From Candidatus Eremiobacteria bacterium (GTDB lineage: Bacteria > Vulcanimicrobiota > Vulcanimicrobiia > Vulcanimicrobiales > Vulcanimicrobiaceae), in contig CAVWUU010000001.1 in NCBI GenBank assembly GCA_963758295.1, forward strand, positions 736,001-800,000: a stretch of 64,000 nt of DNA, given 5' to 3'. The translations under genes and the position numbers were made by a program. Shown here piece after piece: positions 46,091-56,360 of the stretch (positions are counted from its first letter, which is position 1; each line of letters opens with the position of its first letter). The notes under the pieces are model-generated. The model was not told the origin of the DNA. It saw only the letters and a program-made list of their open reading frames with translations, and searched no databases.

Positions 46091-47278
46091 TTAGAACGGC
46101 AGCACGCTCGGCGAACCGATGCCGAACTGCAACTGGATTTGGGTCGCTTTCAACGCACCGATGACCGGTGCGCACATGCCGAGCGGGTTTTCGCACTCGA
46201 GTCCACGGACGCCGTACGAGCCTTCGTTCGTCGGGCCGCCGCTATTGAGCACGGCTTGAATGAAGGTGGTCTTACTCGTACGATACGACGCGCCGACGAA
46301 GTACGCAAAGAGATGCTGTGCGTATTTGTCGGTCGGCAGATAATCGCGCGATTCTTGCGGCTCCAAGAAGAACGTCGTCCGATTGGTCGGCGTGTATTCG
46401 AGATAGAGGATCTGATAGATCTGCGGGTGATTTTCTTGGTTCAAACCGGCCGTGTTTACGAGCCAGCTCGGCGCCGCGGTGAACGTTCCAAACATTTTCG
46501 GCGTCTTTAGGAACGGCAGGGTGAACGCAAGGGAATCCACTTGCGCCGAACGCGTCTTCACGTCGTAGAACGACGGGCCGTCGGGCGGATCCGCCGCGAA
46601 CGGAACGACGTCGCTGTGGTTCGTTGCCGCGCCGATGTACGACGTACGCGTTACGTACGTCGGTGAAATGACGAGCGGCAGCGGGCGGCCCTTTACGTCG
46701 CCGAGGAACAAGAGTTTCTGGAGCATGAATAGGCCGAACGTGTCTTTGGTACGCAGGTTCAACTGCGTGGGCGTGCAGCCGTTCGCGGTGGAATTATCGA
46801 GGTTCGCGCATCCGACCGGGTTGGCGAAACCGCGCAGATAAACGGGCACCGTGCCGCTGTTGAAGCCCATCGGATAGTGCTGGATCTGATACATGCTGGC
46901 GACGAAGCGCGTCGTAGGATTGAAGCCGTAGCCGGCAACGAGATCGACACCGCCCGGTAGCCATTGTTTCCCGAACGAGCCGACATCGCCGAACGACCGC
47001 GCGATCGACAAATCAGCGGTGTATGTGAATCCAACCGGAAGGCCCATCGCGGCTGCTCCGCCGACGGGTTGTTGCGTGACCGGTGGCACTTGCGCCACGG
47101 TCGAGTCGCCGGTTTTCGGCGCCGGCGAGGCCGGCGTCATCGCGTTTTTGATGGCCGTATTTGCGCCGTCGACTACGGTCCCGTACGGCCCCGTGTCTGC
47201 ATTTGCGGGCAAAGCGGACAATCCGAACGAGAGCGCCATAATAAAGGCGCCGCCCGTCCGAAAGAGGGTTTTGAGCAT
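46091..47278 (-). CDS. Exported hypothetical protein, possible outer-membrane beta-barrel
   Basis: Signal peptide (ANA-D), amphipathic strand-like segments (YQILYLEY, AYFVGASY, QIQLQFG), terminal Phe. Confidence 0.7.
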   Translation of the reverse strand: MLKTLFRTGGAFIMALSFGLSALPANADTGPYGTVVDGANTAIKNAMTPASPAPKTGDSTVAQVPPVTQQPVGGAAAMGLPVGFTYTADLSIARSFGDVGSFGKQWLPGGVDLVAGYGFNPTTRFVASMYQIQHYPMGFNSGTVPVYLRGFANPVGCANLDNSTANGCTPTQLNLRTKDTFGLFMLQKLLFLGDVKGRPLPLVISPTYVTRTSYIGAATNHSDVVPFAADPPDGPSFYDVKTRSAQVDSLAFTLPFLKTPKMFGTFTAAPSWLVNTAGLNQENHPQIYQILYLEYTPTNRTTFFLEPQESRDYLPTDKYAQHLFAYFVGASYRTSKTTFIQAVLNSGGPTNEGSYGVRGLECENPLGMCAPVIGALKATQIQLQFGIGSPSVLPF

Positions 47279-47381
47279 TAAAACTTCTCCACCTGATCGG
47301 ACCGGAGTATTAAAAGTATCAGTTCCGGTTGACCCAGGTGTTGGTCTTGAGAAGTTTAAAACCCTCGTCCGCTTGCGTGAA
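47279..47381 (-). promoter_or_regulatory. Sigma70-type promoter plus a hairpin-forming 5' UTR that overlaps the RBS
   Basis: Minus strand TTCACG-N17-TAAACT; CACCTG/CAGGTG and ACCGGA/TCCGGT stems; RBS AGGTGGAG. Confidence 0.55.
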
Positions 47382-47405
47382 AAGTCGCCCTCTTTACGCC
47401 CTTTT

Positions 47406-50400
47406 TCAGACGTTCGACGGCGTCGCGATCGGCTCGACTTGGACGGTACGCGCGTGGCCGTTGGTCTTGCCCTGGCGCTTTCCGCGAAGCTCGAATCCTT
47501 TGATGATGATGTACAGCACCGGGGTGATCGCGAGGTTCAGGAACGTCGAGAAGAGCATGCCGCCGAAGACCACCGTTCCGAGCGAATGGCGTGCCGCGCT
47601 GCCTGCGCCCGAGGCGTAGACGAGCGGCAGCATCGCGATAACGAAGGCGATCGACGTCATCAGGATCGGGCGAAGTCGCGTTTGCGCGGCACGAAGGGCG
47701 GCGGTGACCACGTCGGAGCCTGCCCGGATCTGTTGGTTCGCGAACTCGACGATAAGAATCGCGCTCTTGCTGGCGAGACCGATAAGCATGACGTACCCGA
47801 CCTGCGCATAGGCATCTTGGGAGATGCCGCCGGCCCCGCCGAGCAGCCACGGGATCCACTGCAGCGGTCCCGGCAAGATGAAGAACCCGATGCCGACGAT
47901 GCTGCGGTAGTTCATGAACAGCAGCGCGCCGAGCAACGCCGCCGGCACCGCGAGAATAACGATGAGCGGGTCGATGAAGCTCTCGTACTGCGCCGCGAGC
48001 ACGAGGTACACGAAGATGATGCCGAGGCCGAAGATGATCGTCGTCTGGATGCCGGCTTCCATCTGATCGAGCGTGAGACCCGACCATTCGTAGCCGACGC
48101 CCTTGCCGTCGTACTTCTTCGCGAGGGCCTGCATCGTGTCGATCGACTGGCTGGTGCCGTATCCTGGTTTTGTCTGGCCGTTGATCTCGATGTTGCGGAA
48201 CAGGTTGTAGTGCGAGATGTTCGGCGCCGACAGCTGCACGTTCGAATCGACGAGCGCCGAAAGCGGCGACAATCCGCCGGCATTCGAGCGAACGTAGAGG
48301 TCTTGCAGCGACCCTACGCGATCGCGGTACGGCGTATCGGCTTGCACGTAAACGCGGTACGACCGGTTCGCGTAGTTGAAGTCGTTGACGTAGAGCGAGC
48401 CAAGGTCCGTCTGCATCGTATTGAAGACGTCGCTCAGCGATGCGCCCATTGCCTTGACTTTATTGCGGTCGACGTTGACTTGCAATTGCGGGGAATTCAC
48501 GCGGAATTGCGTGTTGACTTGGCTCAGCGGCGTGTTGGGCTGATTCGCGCCGGCGATGATTTGGTTCGCAACACCCGTAAGCGCAGGCAAACCGACGTTT
48601 CCGCGATCTTCCAGTTCGAACGAGAACCCGAAAGTATCCAGCCCGAAGATCGCCGGCGGCGGGAAAGCCACGACGGACGCTTCCGGAATTTGCTGTGAGA
48701 ACTTCGGAACGATTGCGTTCTTTCCGTAGAACAGCATCGGGCCGATTTGCTGGTTCGAATCTTTCTGACGTTCGCCCCATGGCGAAAGCTGCACGAACAT
48801 GATGCCCTTGTTAGGCGACGATCCGGTGAAGCTGAAGCCGCCCACGTCAAACACGTCCGCGACGCCCGGCGTGTTGCGGATGATGTTCTCCGCCTTCACC
48901 GCAACGGCGTGTTCGTTCGCAAGCGACGTGCCTTCAGGCGCCTGGACAAGGGTAAGGAAGTATCCTTGGTCTTCCGACGGGATGAAGCCGCCGGGTGTTG
49001 ATTTGAACAGGAAGAACGTAAGCGCGAGCGCGCCGGCAAAGCACAGCATCACGAGCCAGCGGCGTTTGAACAGCACCGGCAACGTGAGACGGTAGCGCGC
49101 TTTGAATCCGCGGAAGCCGCGGTTGAACGCGCCGAAGAAGCCTCGTGTCGCTTCCGGTTTGTCGTAAAGAAGAATCGACGAGAGCACCGGCGCCAGCGTC
49201 AACGCTGAAAAGAGCGAGATCGTAATCGACGCCGCGATGGTCAAAGCGAACTGCTTGTAGAGCAAGCCCGTCGTTCCCGGAAAGAACGCGACCGGAGTGA
49301 AGACCGAGAAGAGCACGAGCGAAGAAGCGACCACCGCGCTTTGAATCTCGTCCATAGCGGCCCTCGCACCGGCGATGCCTCCCAACTTGTGTTCGGTCAT
49401 GTAGCGAGCGATGTTTTCGATGACGACGATCGCGTCGTCGACCACCAGTCCCGCGGCCAACGTCAACCCGAATAAGGTGATGGTGTTGATCGTAAAGCCG
49501 AAGATCTTCATGATGAAGAACGTGCCGATCAGCGAGATTGGGATCGTCGAAGCAGGGATCAGCGTCGAGCGGCCGCTCTGCAAAAAGAGATAGATGACGA
49601 GCACGACGAGCAGGATCGACAAAAGCAGCGTGATGACGACTTCTTTGATCGATTCTTTCACGAACAGCGTCGTGTCGAACGCGACTTTATAGGAAACGTC
49701 CGAAGGGAAGGAACGCGAGAGCTCGTCGAGCTTGTTCTTCACGCCGTTCGCAACGGATAGCGCGTTCGCCGTCGGAAGCTGCTGGACACCCAGACCCACG
49801 ACGTTTTGGTTGCCGTCGAAGCGGATGAAACTGTTGTAATCTTCCGCGCCCAGTTCGACGCGTGCGACGTCGCCGAGCTTCGTGAATCCGCCGTTAGGAT
49901 CGGACCGTATGATGATGTTCGAGAACTGCTTGGGATCGCTGAGGCGACCGACCGCGTTAACGGTGTACGTGTACGGCTGATTCGCCGGCTCGGGCGCCGA
50001 GCCGATGCTTCCGGCCGCGACGTTCACGTTCTGCTCTTGGAGCGCGGCGACGACGTCGGTGGTCGCCAAACCGCGCGCCTGAAGCTCGTGCGGGTTGAGC
50101 CAAACCCGCATGGCGTAGCGGCGCTGGCCGAAGATCAAAACGTTCGAGACGCCGGAAACGCGCTTGAGGTCGTTGACGATGTTCAACTCCGCGTAATTGC
50201 TAAGGAACGTCGCATCGTGCGCGCCGGTCGATTCCAGCGCAAGCGCCATGACGAAGGCGCCGTTGTTCTTGTTGACGGTTACGCCGGTCTGCTTGACTTC
50301 GTTTGGAAGCTGGCCGAGCGCCGACTGCACGGCGTTTTGCACGTCGGTCGCGGCAATGTCGAGATTCGTTCCGAGGACAAACGTAGCCGTAACGGTCGAG

Positions 50401-50657
50401 GTACCCTGGCTGCTCGTCGAGCTGATGTAACGCAGACCTTCAACGCCGTTGATGGCGTTCTCGAGCGGCGTCGTAACGGCGCTCTCGACCGATTCCGGCG
50501 ACGCACCGATGTAGTTGGCCGTAACGGTAACTACGGGCGGCGCGATCTGCGGATACTGTGAAATCGGCAACGTGGGAATCGCCACGAGGCCCATAATCAG
50601 AATCACCGTCGAACAGACGATGGCCATGATGGGCCGGGTGAGGAAGAATCTCGTCAT
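47406..50657 (-). CDS. RND efflux transporter permease (HAE1/AcrB family)
   Basis: FFLTRP, LPISQYPQIAPP, GLVVDDAIVVIEN, KSAILIVEFA, RLRPILMTS. Confidence 0.96.
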   Translation of the reverse strand: MTRFFLTRPIMAIVCSTVILIMGLVAIPTLPISQYPQIAPPVVTVTANYIGASPESVESAVTTPLENAINGVEGLRYISSTSSQGTSTVTATFVLGTNLDIAATDVQNAVQSALGQLPNEVKQTGVTVNKNNGAFVMALALESTGAHDATFLSNYAELNIVNDLKRVSGVSNVLIFGQRRYAMRVWLNPHELQARGLATTDVVAALQEQNVNVAAGSIGSAPEPANQPYTYTVNAVGRLSDPKQFSNIIIRSDPNGGFTKLGDVARVELGAEDYNSFIRFDGNQNVVGLGVQQLPTANALSVANGVKNKLDELSRSFPSDVSYKVAFDTTLFVKESIKEVVITLLLSILLVVLVIYLFLQSGRSTLIPASTIPISLIGTFFIMKIFGFTINTITLFGLTLAAGLVVDDAIVVIENIARYMTEHKLGGIAGARAAMDEIQSAVVASSLVLFSVFTPVAFFPGTTGLLYKQFALTIAASITISLFSALTLAPVLSSILLYDKPEATRGFFGAFNRGFRGFKARYRLTLPVLFKRRWLVMLCFAGALALTFFLFKSTPGGFIPSEDQGYFLTLVQAPEGTSLANEHAVAVKAENIIRNTPGVADVFDVGGFSFTGSSPNKGIMFVQLSPWGERQKDSNQQIGPMLFYGKNAIVPKFSQQIPEASVVAFPPPAIFGLDTFGFSFELEDRGNVGLPALTGVANQIIAGANQPNTPLSQVNTQFRVNSPQLQVNVDRNKVKAMGASLSDVFNTMQTDLGSLYVNDFNYANRSYRVYVQADTPYRDRVGSLQDLYVRSNAGGLSPLSALVDSNVQLSAPNISHYNLFRNIEINGQTKPGYGTSQSIDTMQALAKKYDGKGVGYEWSGLTLDQMEAGIQTTIIFGLGIIFVYLVLAAQYESFIDPLIVILAVPAALLGALLFMNYRSIVGIGFFILPGPLQWIPWLLGGAGGISQDAYAQVGYVMLIGLASKSAILIVEFANQQIRAGSDVVTAALRAAQTRLRPILMTSIAFVIAMLPLVYASGAGSAARHSLGTVVFGGMLFSTFLNLAITPVLYIIIKGFELRGKRQGKTNGHARTVQVEPIATPSNV

Positions 50658-50699
50658 TACAGCTTCCTACGGTACACCGTCTACGACGGCAGCTTGCAA

Positions 50700-51617
50700 T
50701 TAAGCGGTAAAGGCCTGCTCCGCGTGATACGAACTGCGGGAGAGCGGGCTCGATACTACTTGATGGAATCCCTTGGACTTCGCGATCGCGCCCAGGCGAT
50801 CGAATTTTTCCGGAGTGACGAACTCGACGACCGGAAGATGTTTCTTGGTGGGCTGCAGGTACTGACCCATCGTGAAGATGTCCACGCCGACGCCGCGTGC
50901 CGCATCCATTGCTTCCTCGACCTCGGCTTCGGTCTCGCCGAGTCCGAGCATCAACGACGTCTTCGTGTAGCGTTCCGGAGCGCGGCGTTTCGCGTGATCC
51001 AGAATCCGCAGCGACTGGTCGAAGGTTGCACGCTTGTCGCGAACGGTGGGCGACAAACGGCGGACCGTCTCCAGATTGTGCGCGAAGACGTCCGGCTTTG
51101 CGTCCATCACGATGTCGAGAGCGTTGAGGTCTCCGCGGTAGTCGCCGCTGAGAATCTCTACTTTAGAACCCGGCACTCGTTCGTGAATCGCACGAATCGT
51201 GTTAGCAAAAATCAAGGCACCGCCGTCGGCGAGATCATCGCGATCGACGGCCGTTAGAACCAGATACTGCCACCCGAGATCGCGAACCGCGTTCGCCACG
51301 CGAACCGGCTCCAGCCAATCCACGACGCCCTTCGGATTGCCGGTCTTGACGTTGCAGAAACGGCAGCCGCGCGTGCACGTATCACCAAGGATCATAATCG
51401 TCGCCGTTCCGGCGCCCCAGCACTCGGCGATATTCGGGCAGGCCGCTTCCTTACAGACGGTGTTCAGCGCCAGGGTATTCACCTTGGCCTTCACTCGTTC
51501 GTAATCTTCACCGGTGGGAAGCGAAACTCGCAGCCAGTCCGGTTTGCGGACGTGGTGCGGTTTCGACCCGGCGTTTGAAGCGGTGCGTACTGTCGTTAAA
51601 TCGATTTCGATAGCCAT
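50700..51617 (-). CDS. lipA: Lipoyl synthase
   Basis: RKPDWL, CKEAACPNIAEC, CTRGCRFC, HNLETV, GQYLQP, RSSY. Confidence 0.97.
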   Translation of the reverse strand: MAIEIDLTTVRTASNAGSKPHHVRKPDWLRVSLPTGEDYERVKAKVNTLALNTVCKEAACPNIAECWGAGTATIMILGDTCTRGCRFCNVKTGNPKGVVDWLEPVRVANAVRDLGWQYLVLTAVDRDDLADGGALIFANTIRAIHERVPGSKVEILSGDYRGDLNALDIVMDAKPDVFAHNLETVRRLSPTVRDKRATFDQSLRILDHAKRRAPERYTKTSLMLGLGETEAEVEEAMDAARGVGVDIFTMGQYLQPTKKHLPVVEFVTPEKFDRLGAIAKSKGFHQVVSSPLSRSSYHAEQAFTA

Positions 51618-52270
51618 TGGGATTCTTCAACGAATTCGAGGTCGAACGCGCTGCTTAAGTCTTCAAGCAGCAACGGTTTGACCTCGGCTAAGGTGACTTC
51701 GCGCCCCGTCTCTTTCGAAATCGACGTGATTCCCCGATCGGCGAGCCCGCAAGGATTGATCAGCCGGTCGTAATTAAGCTCGGTCGAGACGTTAAGCGCG
51801 ATGCCGTGCAACGATACCATCTTTTGAACGGCAAGGCCAATCGCACAAATCTGGTTGCGCCCCACCCAAACGCCGGCGTGCTCGCTCCAGCGGTCTGCGG
51901 CGATTCCGAACCGTGCAGCCGTAGCAATAACGGCGCCCTCCAACGTGCGGACAAGAGGGACTACCTCTCGAAAGCGTTCCAGTTTGCGGATTGGATAAAC
52001 GACCAGTTGTCCGGGCCCATGGTACGTGACGTCGCCTCCTCTTTCGATCGATACGACCTCTACGCCGCGGCGGCTCAAAAGTTCCGTGGGAAGCAGCACG
52101 TTTTCACGCTTCGCCTGGCGCCCGAGCGTTATCACCGGCCGATGTTCCACGACGATCCATGTATCGGGCTCGCGCCCTTCGCGCACTGCCTCGTGGAGGG
52201 CATGTTGAAGGTCCCATACCTCGCGGTACGGGCGAAGCCCCAAATCGAGAACGCGTGCAACGGCCGTCAT
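51596..52270 (-). CDS. lipB: Octanoyltransferase
   Basis: EHRPVITLG, RGGDVTYHGPGQLVVYP, HGIALNV, NPCGL. Confidence 0.95.
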   Translation of the reverse strand: MTAVARVLDLGLRPYREVWDLQHALHEAVREGREPDTWIVVEHRPVITLGRQAKRENVLLPTELLSRRGVEVVSIERGGDVTYHGPGQLVVYPIRKLERFREVVPLVRTLEGAVIATAARFGIAADRWSEHAGVWVGRNQICAIGLAVQKMVSLHGIALNVSTELNYDRLINPCGLADRGITSISKETGREVTLAEVKPLLLEDLSSAFDLEFVEESQWLSKSI

Positions 52271-52319
52271 TGAACGCTCTTTAAAACCCGGGCAACCGCA
52301 AAGAAGGTTCGCATTCGAA

Positions 52320-52350
52320 AAAAATACCCGGGCAGCGCCCGGGTATTTTT
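52320..52350 (-). terminator. Intrinsic (bidirectional-type) terminator between lpdA and lipB
   Basis: AAAAATACCCGGGC-AGC-GCCCGGGTATTTTT. Confidence 0.8.
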
Positions 52351-52371
52351 ACTGCTAACTTTCCGTCGCGA

Positions 52372-53821
52372 TTAACGCGCGGCCCCTGCCGGCGTTTTCG
52401 GCTTCGGGTTGACGATGTGAATCGCTTTCCCGTGCGCGGCTTCCGCGGCATCCATGATGCCTTCGGTGAGCGTCGGATGCGGATGAATCGACAAACCGAT
52501 GTCTTCGAGCGTGGCGCCCATTTCCAGAGCCATGACGCCTTCACCGATGAGCGATTCGGCTTGCGGCGCAACAATGTGCATGCCGAGCAGAAGGTCGGTC
52601 TTCGCGTCGCCGACGAGTTTGATCACGCCGTCGGTCTCGTTCATCGTGCGCGCACGTCCGCTCGCGGCGAGCGGGAACTTTCCGATGCGCACTTCATAGC
52701 CTTGCGCCTTTGCTTCCTCTTCGGAGAGACCGATCGTCGCAACTTCGGGGTCGGTGTACACGCAGTTCGGAATCGCAACCGGATCGAACGCTGCAGACTT
52801 ATCGCCCGAAATTGCTTCCGCGGCGACGACGCCTTGTTTCATCGCGCGATGCGCGAGCAGCGGCTGGCCCGTGACGTCGCCGATCGCGAAGACGTTCGAA
52901 ACCTTGGTGCGGCACTGCTGATCGATCGCGATGAACCCTTTGTCGTCTGCGCTCAATCCCGCCGCAGCAAGGTTCAGCGTATCGGTGACCGGACGGCGTC
53001 CGACGGCAACGAGCACCATGTCGAAGTCGCGCGTTTCGTCTTTACCGTTCGTTGCATCGCCGTTGAACGTCGCCTTCACGGTTTTGCCGCTCTTTTCGAG
53101 CTTCTCCAACCTTCGTATCGAGCATGATCTCGACGCCTTGTTTCTTGAGAATGCGTCCGAGCGTCTTCGAGATTTCCAGGTCCGTACCGGTGAGAAGTTG
53201 CGGAAGCGCTTCGATAACAAGCACCTTTGCGCCGACGCGCGTGTAAACGGTCGCGAACTCGAGACCGATGACGCCGCCGCCGATCACGAGCATGTTCTTC
53301 GGAATGCGCTTCATTTGCACGGCGTCGTCCGAGTTAATGATCGTCTCGCCGTCGCGCGGCCACGCTTTCACGTCGATCGGCGCCGAACCGGTCGCAATCA
53401 CGACGTTCGTCGCCTTGATCGTGTCGGTGCCGCCCTCTTTGTTCTTCACGACGATCTCGTTCGCGCTCTTGAAGGTCGCATCGCCGTAGATGAACTGTAC
53501 GTTGTTTGCCTTGAAAAGCGTCTTCACGCCGCCCACGTTCGAATTCACGACGTCGGTCTTGAACTTGGCGACGCCTTCGCGGTCGATTTCAGCCTTCGGC
53601 ACTTTCAATCCGATCGCGCCGGCGTGATCGATGTGGCGGATCACCTCGCCGACGTGCAGCAGCGCTTTGGTCGGGATGCAGCCCCAGTTGAGGCAAACGC
53701 CGCCGACTTCGTCGCGGTCGACGCAGATAACGGTCTTTCCGAGCTGTCCGAGCCGGATGGCAGCGTGATATCCGCCGGGACCCGCGCCAACAACGACTGC
53801 ATCAACCTGGTGTTCAGCCAC
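52372..53821 (-). CDS. lpdA: Dihydrolipoamide dehydrogenase with an apparent +1 frameshift at 53106-53107 (probable sequence error)
   Basis: 5' ORF has GAGPGG, GGVCLNWGCIPTK, GGGVIG; 3' ORF has AIGDV, LAHRA, HPHPTLTE. Removing one G restores MLDTKV-EKLEKSG. Confidence 0.9.
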
Positions 53822-53966
53822 CGATATGCTCCTGTTCTCGAGAAACGGAATTCAGTTGAGCCGCGCAATGGTTGAGGCGGCCCGACATAGTGTAACAACA
53901 CTTCGCCGCCCGGGGCTTCGACCATCGTAGGGCTTCTCCGGCTCGGAACGCGAATTGGTCCCGTCC

Positions 53967-55433
53967 ATGCCGAATATTGGATGGGCCGGGCTGCTTCCCG
54001 ATCTGGATCGCGAGTCCATCGTGCCCCTCTACCGTCAAATCTACGAGCACCTGCGCGAGGCGATTCTCGCCGGGACGCTGCCCGAGTCCACGCGGCTCCC
54101 TCCGGAGCGGACGATGGCGGAGCGGCTCGAGGTCAATCGGAGCACGGTCGTTCATGCCTACCGGGAGCTGGTGGCCGACGGCCTGATCGAGCAGCGGGTG
54201 GGCTCCGGTTCCCGGGTGGCCGGCCAACTGCGGCGCGGCCAGCCCGAGCGGGCGGCCGGCGTCCCGTGGTGGATCACGCTGCCGCCATGGCGGGTGGGCG
54301 AATTTCCGAACATCCTCGGCGAGCTGGCGGCAAAGCAAGAAGCCGGGCGAATTTCATTCGTCCAAGGGGTAGCTCCCGACGAGCCCTCGCCCCTCGGCGA
54401 GTTGGCTCACTCCTTCGAGCGCGTCGCGCGCGACCCGCGCTTTGTGCTTTCGTACGGCGATTCCGAGGGATACGAACCGCTGCGGCGTGCGATTGCCGGA
54501 CGTTTGAACGCGCGCGGCGCGACGACCGTTGCCCCGCGAAACGTCATCGTTCTCACGGGATCGACGCAAGGCATCATGATCGTTTCGCAAAGCCTGGCAG
54601 AGCCGGGCGACGAGATCATCGTCGAATCGCCGTCGTATCCCGGGGCATTGCAAATCTTCCAGATCAACGGGCTGCGTGCTATTCCCGTGCCTGTAGATGA
54701 AGACGGGATGCGCGTCGATCACGTCGAGGCGATTCTGCGTACGCGCCGGCCTCGCTTCATTTACACCATGCCGTCGCTGCACAATCCGACGAACGCCATT
54801 ATGAACGCCGACCGTCGCGAACGCTTGGCGACGATTGCGAAGCGCGCCGGCGTTCCGATCATCGAAGACGATCCGTACGGACCGCTCGCGCAGCAGCAGC
54901 TTCCGCCGCTCGTTTCACTTGCGCCGGATCATGTAGTGTATCTTTCAACGTTCTCCAAAACCGTCGCGCCGAGCTTGCGTGTCGGCTGGCTCGCGGCGCC
55001 GCGGATGATCCTCGAGCGATTGTTATTGCGCAAGCAGGCGTACGACATGGCCACGAGTCTTTACGTACAGGCGGCGATCCTGGACTACTTGGAGCGCGGC
55101 TACGATGCGCACATCGGTCAATTGCGCGAAGAGTTATTGCTTCGCCGCCGCATCGCAGACGAGGCAATTGCAAAGCACTGGCCGGCCGCCGTGCGCGCGA
55201 CCGGCGAAACCGGCGGCTTCTATTTGTGGGCAACCACGCCGCGCGATATTCGAGCGCGTGCATTGCTCGACGTTTCCGAGCGTCTTGGTGCGTCGTTTCT
55301 CTTTGGAGAAGCTTTCTACGCCGATGGCGGCGGCGACCACAACTTCCGCCTTGCCCTCACCGCCGTCCCGCGCGCCGAGATTGGGGAAGGCATCCGGCGC
55401 ATCGGTGAGGCGATCGCCACGTTGCGTTCGTGA
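53967..55433 (+). CDS. MocR/GntR-family regulator (wHTH plus PLP aminotransferase-like domain)
   Basis: PLYRQI, LPPERTMA, VNRSTVVHAY, IIEDDPY, TFSKTVAPSLRVGW. Confidence 0.93.
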   Translation: MPNIGWAGLLPDLDRESIVPLYRQIYEHLREAILAGTLPESTRLPPERTMAERLEVNRSTVVHAYRELVADGLIEQRVGSGSRVAGQLRRGQPERAAGVPWWITLPPWRVGEFPNILGELAAKQEAGRISFVQGVAPDEPSPLGELAHSFERVARDPRFVLSYGDSEGYEPLRRAIAGRLNARGATTVAPRNVIVLTGSTQGIMIVSQSLAEPGDEIIVESPSYPGALQIFQINGLRAIPVPVDEDGMRVDHVEAILRTRRPRFIYTMPSLHNPTNAIMNADRRERLATIAKRAGVPIIEDDPYGPLAQQQLPPLVSLAPDHVVYLSTFSKTVAPSLRVGWLAAPRMILERLLLRKQAYDMATSLYVQAAILDYLERGYDAHIGQLREELLLRRRIADEAIAKHWPAAVRATGETGGFYLWATTPRDIRARALLDVSERLGASFLFGEAFYADGGGDHNFRLALTAVPRAEIGEGIRRIGEAIATLRS

Positions 55434-56341
55434 ACAAGCTCCAACGTTCGCTGCTCGATTGGTACGCATGCCACGGCCGTTCGAGCTTGCCGTGGCGCGT
55501 GGTTCGCAACCCTTACTACACGCTCGTGAGCGAGTTCATGCTGCAGCAGACGCAAGTCGACCGCGTCATTGCGAAGTTCGGAGCGTTTATCGAGCGCTAT
55601 CCCGATATCGAAGCATTGGCGAATGCAAGCCTGGCCGACGTCCTGCGCCTCTGGCAGGGACTCGGTTATAATTCGCGAGCTACGCGCCTTGCGGGCGTTG
55701 CCCGTGCCGTCATTACCGAGCACGGCGGCAAGCTGCCCCGCAATGCCGATGCATTGCGCGCGCTTCACGGTATCGGCCCTTATACGGTTGCGGCGATTCG
55801 CGCATTCGGTTTCGGTGAAGACGACGCCGCACTCGACACGAACGTTCGCCGAATCGTTCATAGGGTTTTTTTCGGGATCGAGTATCCGCCCAAAGCGACC
55901 CACCGCGAGCTGGATGCCAAAGCGCGCGAAATCGTGCCTGCCGGCGAAGGTCATGACTGGAATTCGGCCATGATGGACCTCGGGGCAATCGTGTGCACGG
56001 CGCGCGCCCCGAAGTGCCTGCTGTGTCCGCTGCAAAAGGCATGCGCCGCCGCACCGGTAGACGCTGCGACTCTGGAACGGCTAAGGCGAGCGAACGCAAA
56101 AGCTGCGTCGCCACAGAACGCGATTCCGTTCCAACGTACCACCCGTTACGCGCGCGGCCGCGTCATCGACCGCCTCCGCGACCTGCCCCCCGGCGCCCGC
56201 ATTTCGATGCTGCAATTGCATGAGGAACTGATCCACATGTTGCCGGCGCGGTCGTACGACGACGTGCGCGAGATAGTGATGGCCTTGGAGCGCGACGGGC
56301 TTATCGCGCGCGAGGGAGAATCCGTCGCCCTAGCAGACTAG
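55430..56341 (+). CDS. mutY: A/G-specific adenine glycosylase, short form
   Basis: LPWR, VSEFMLQQTQV, WQGLGY, GIGPYTVAAI, DTNVRR, Fe-S loop CTARAPKCLLCPLQKAC. Confidence 0.92.
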   Translation: MNKLQRSLLDWYACHGRSSLPWRVVRNPYYTLVSEFMLQQTQVDRVIAKFGAFIERYPDIEALANASLADVLRLWQGLGYNSRATRLAGVARAVITEHGGKLPRNADALRALHGIGPYTVAAIRAFGFGEDDAALDTNVRRIVHRVFFGIEYPPKATHRELDAKAREIVPAGEGHDWNSAMMDLGAIVCTARAPKCLLCPLQKACAAAPVDAATLERLRRANAKAASPQNAIPFQRTTRYARGRVIDRLRDLPPGARISMLQLHEELIHMLPARSYDDVREIVMALERDGLIAREGESVALAD

Positions 56342-56360
56342 TTTGAAAGGGAAGATCCGC

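Noticed and set aside
53042..53220. Programmed ribosomal frameshift in lpdA
   Set aside because: No slippery sequence or stimulatory structure seen; a single extra G explains the split.
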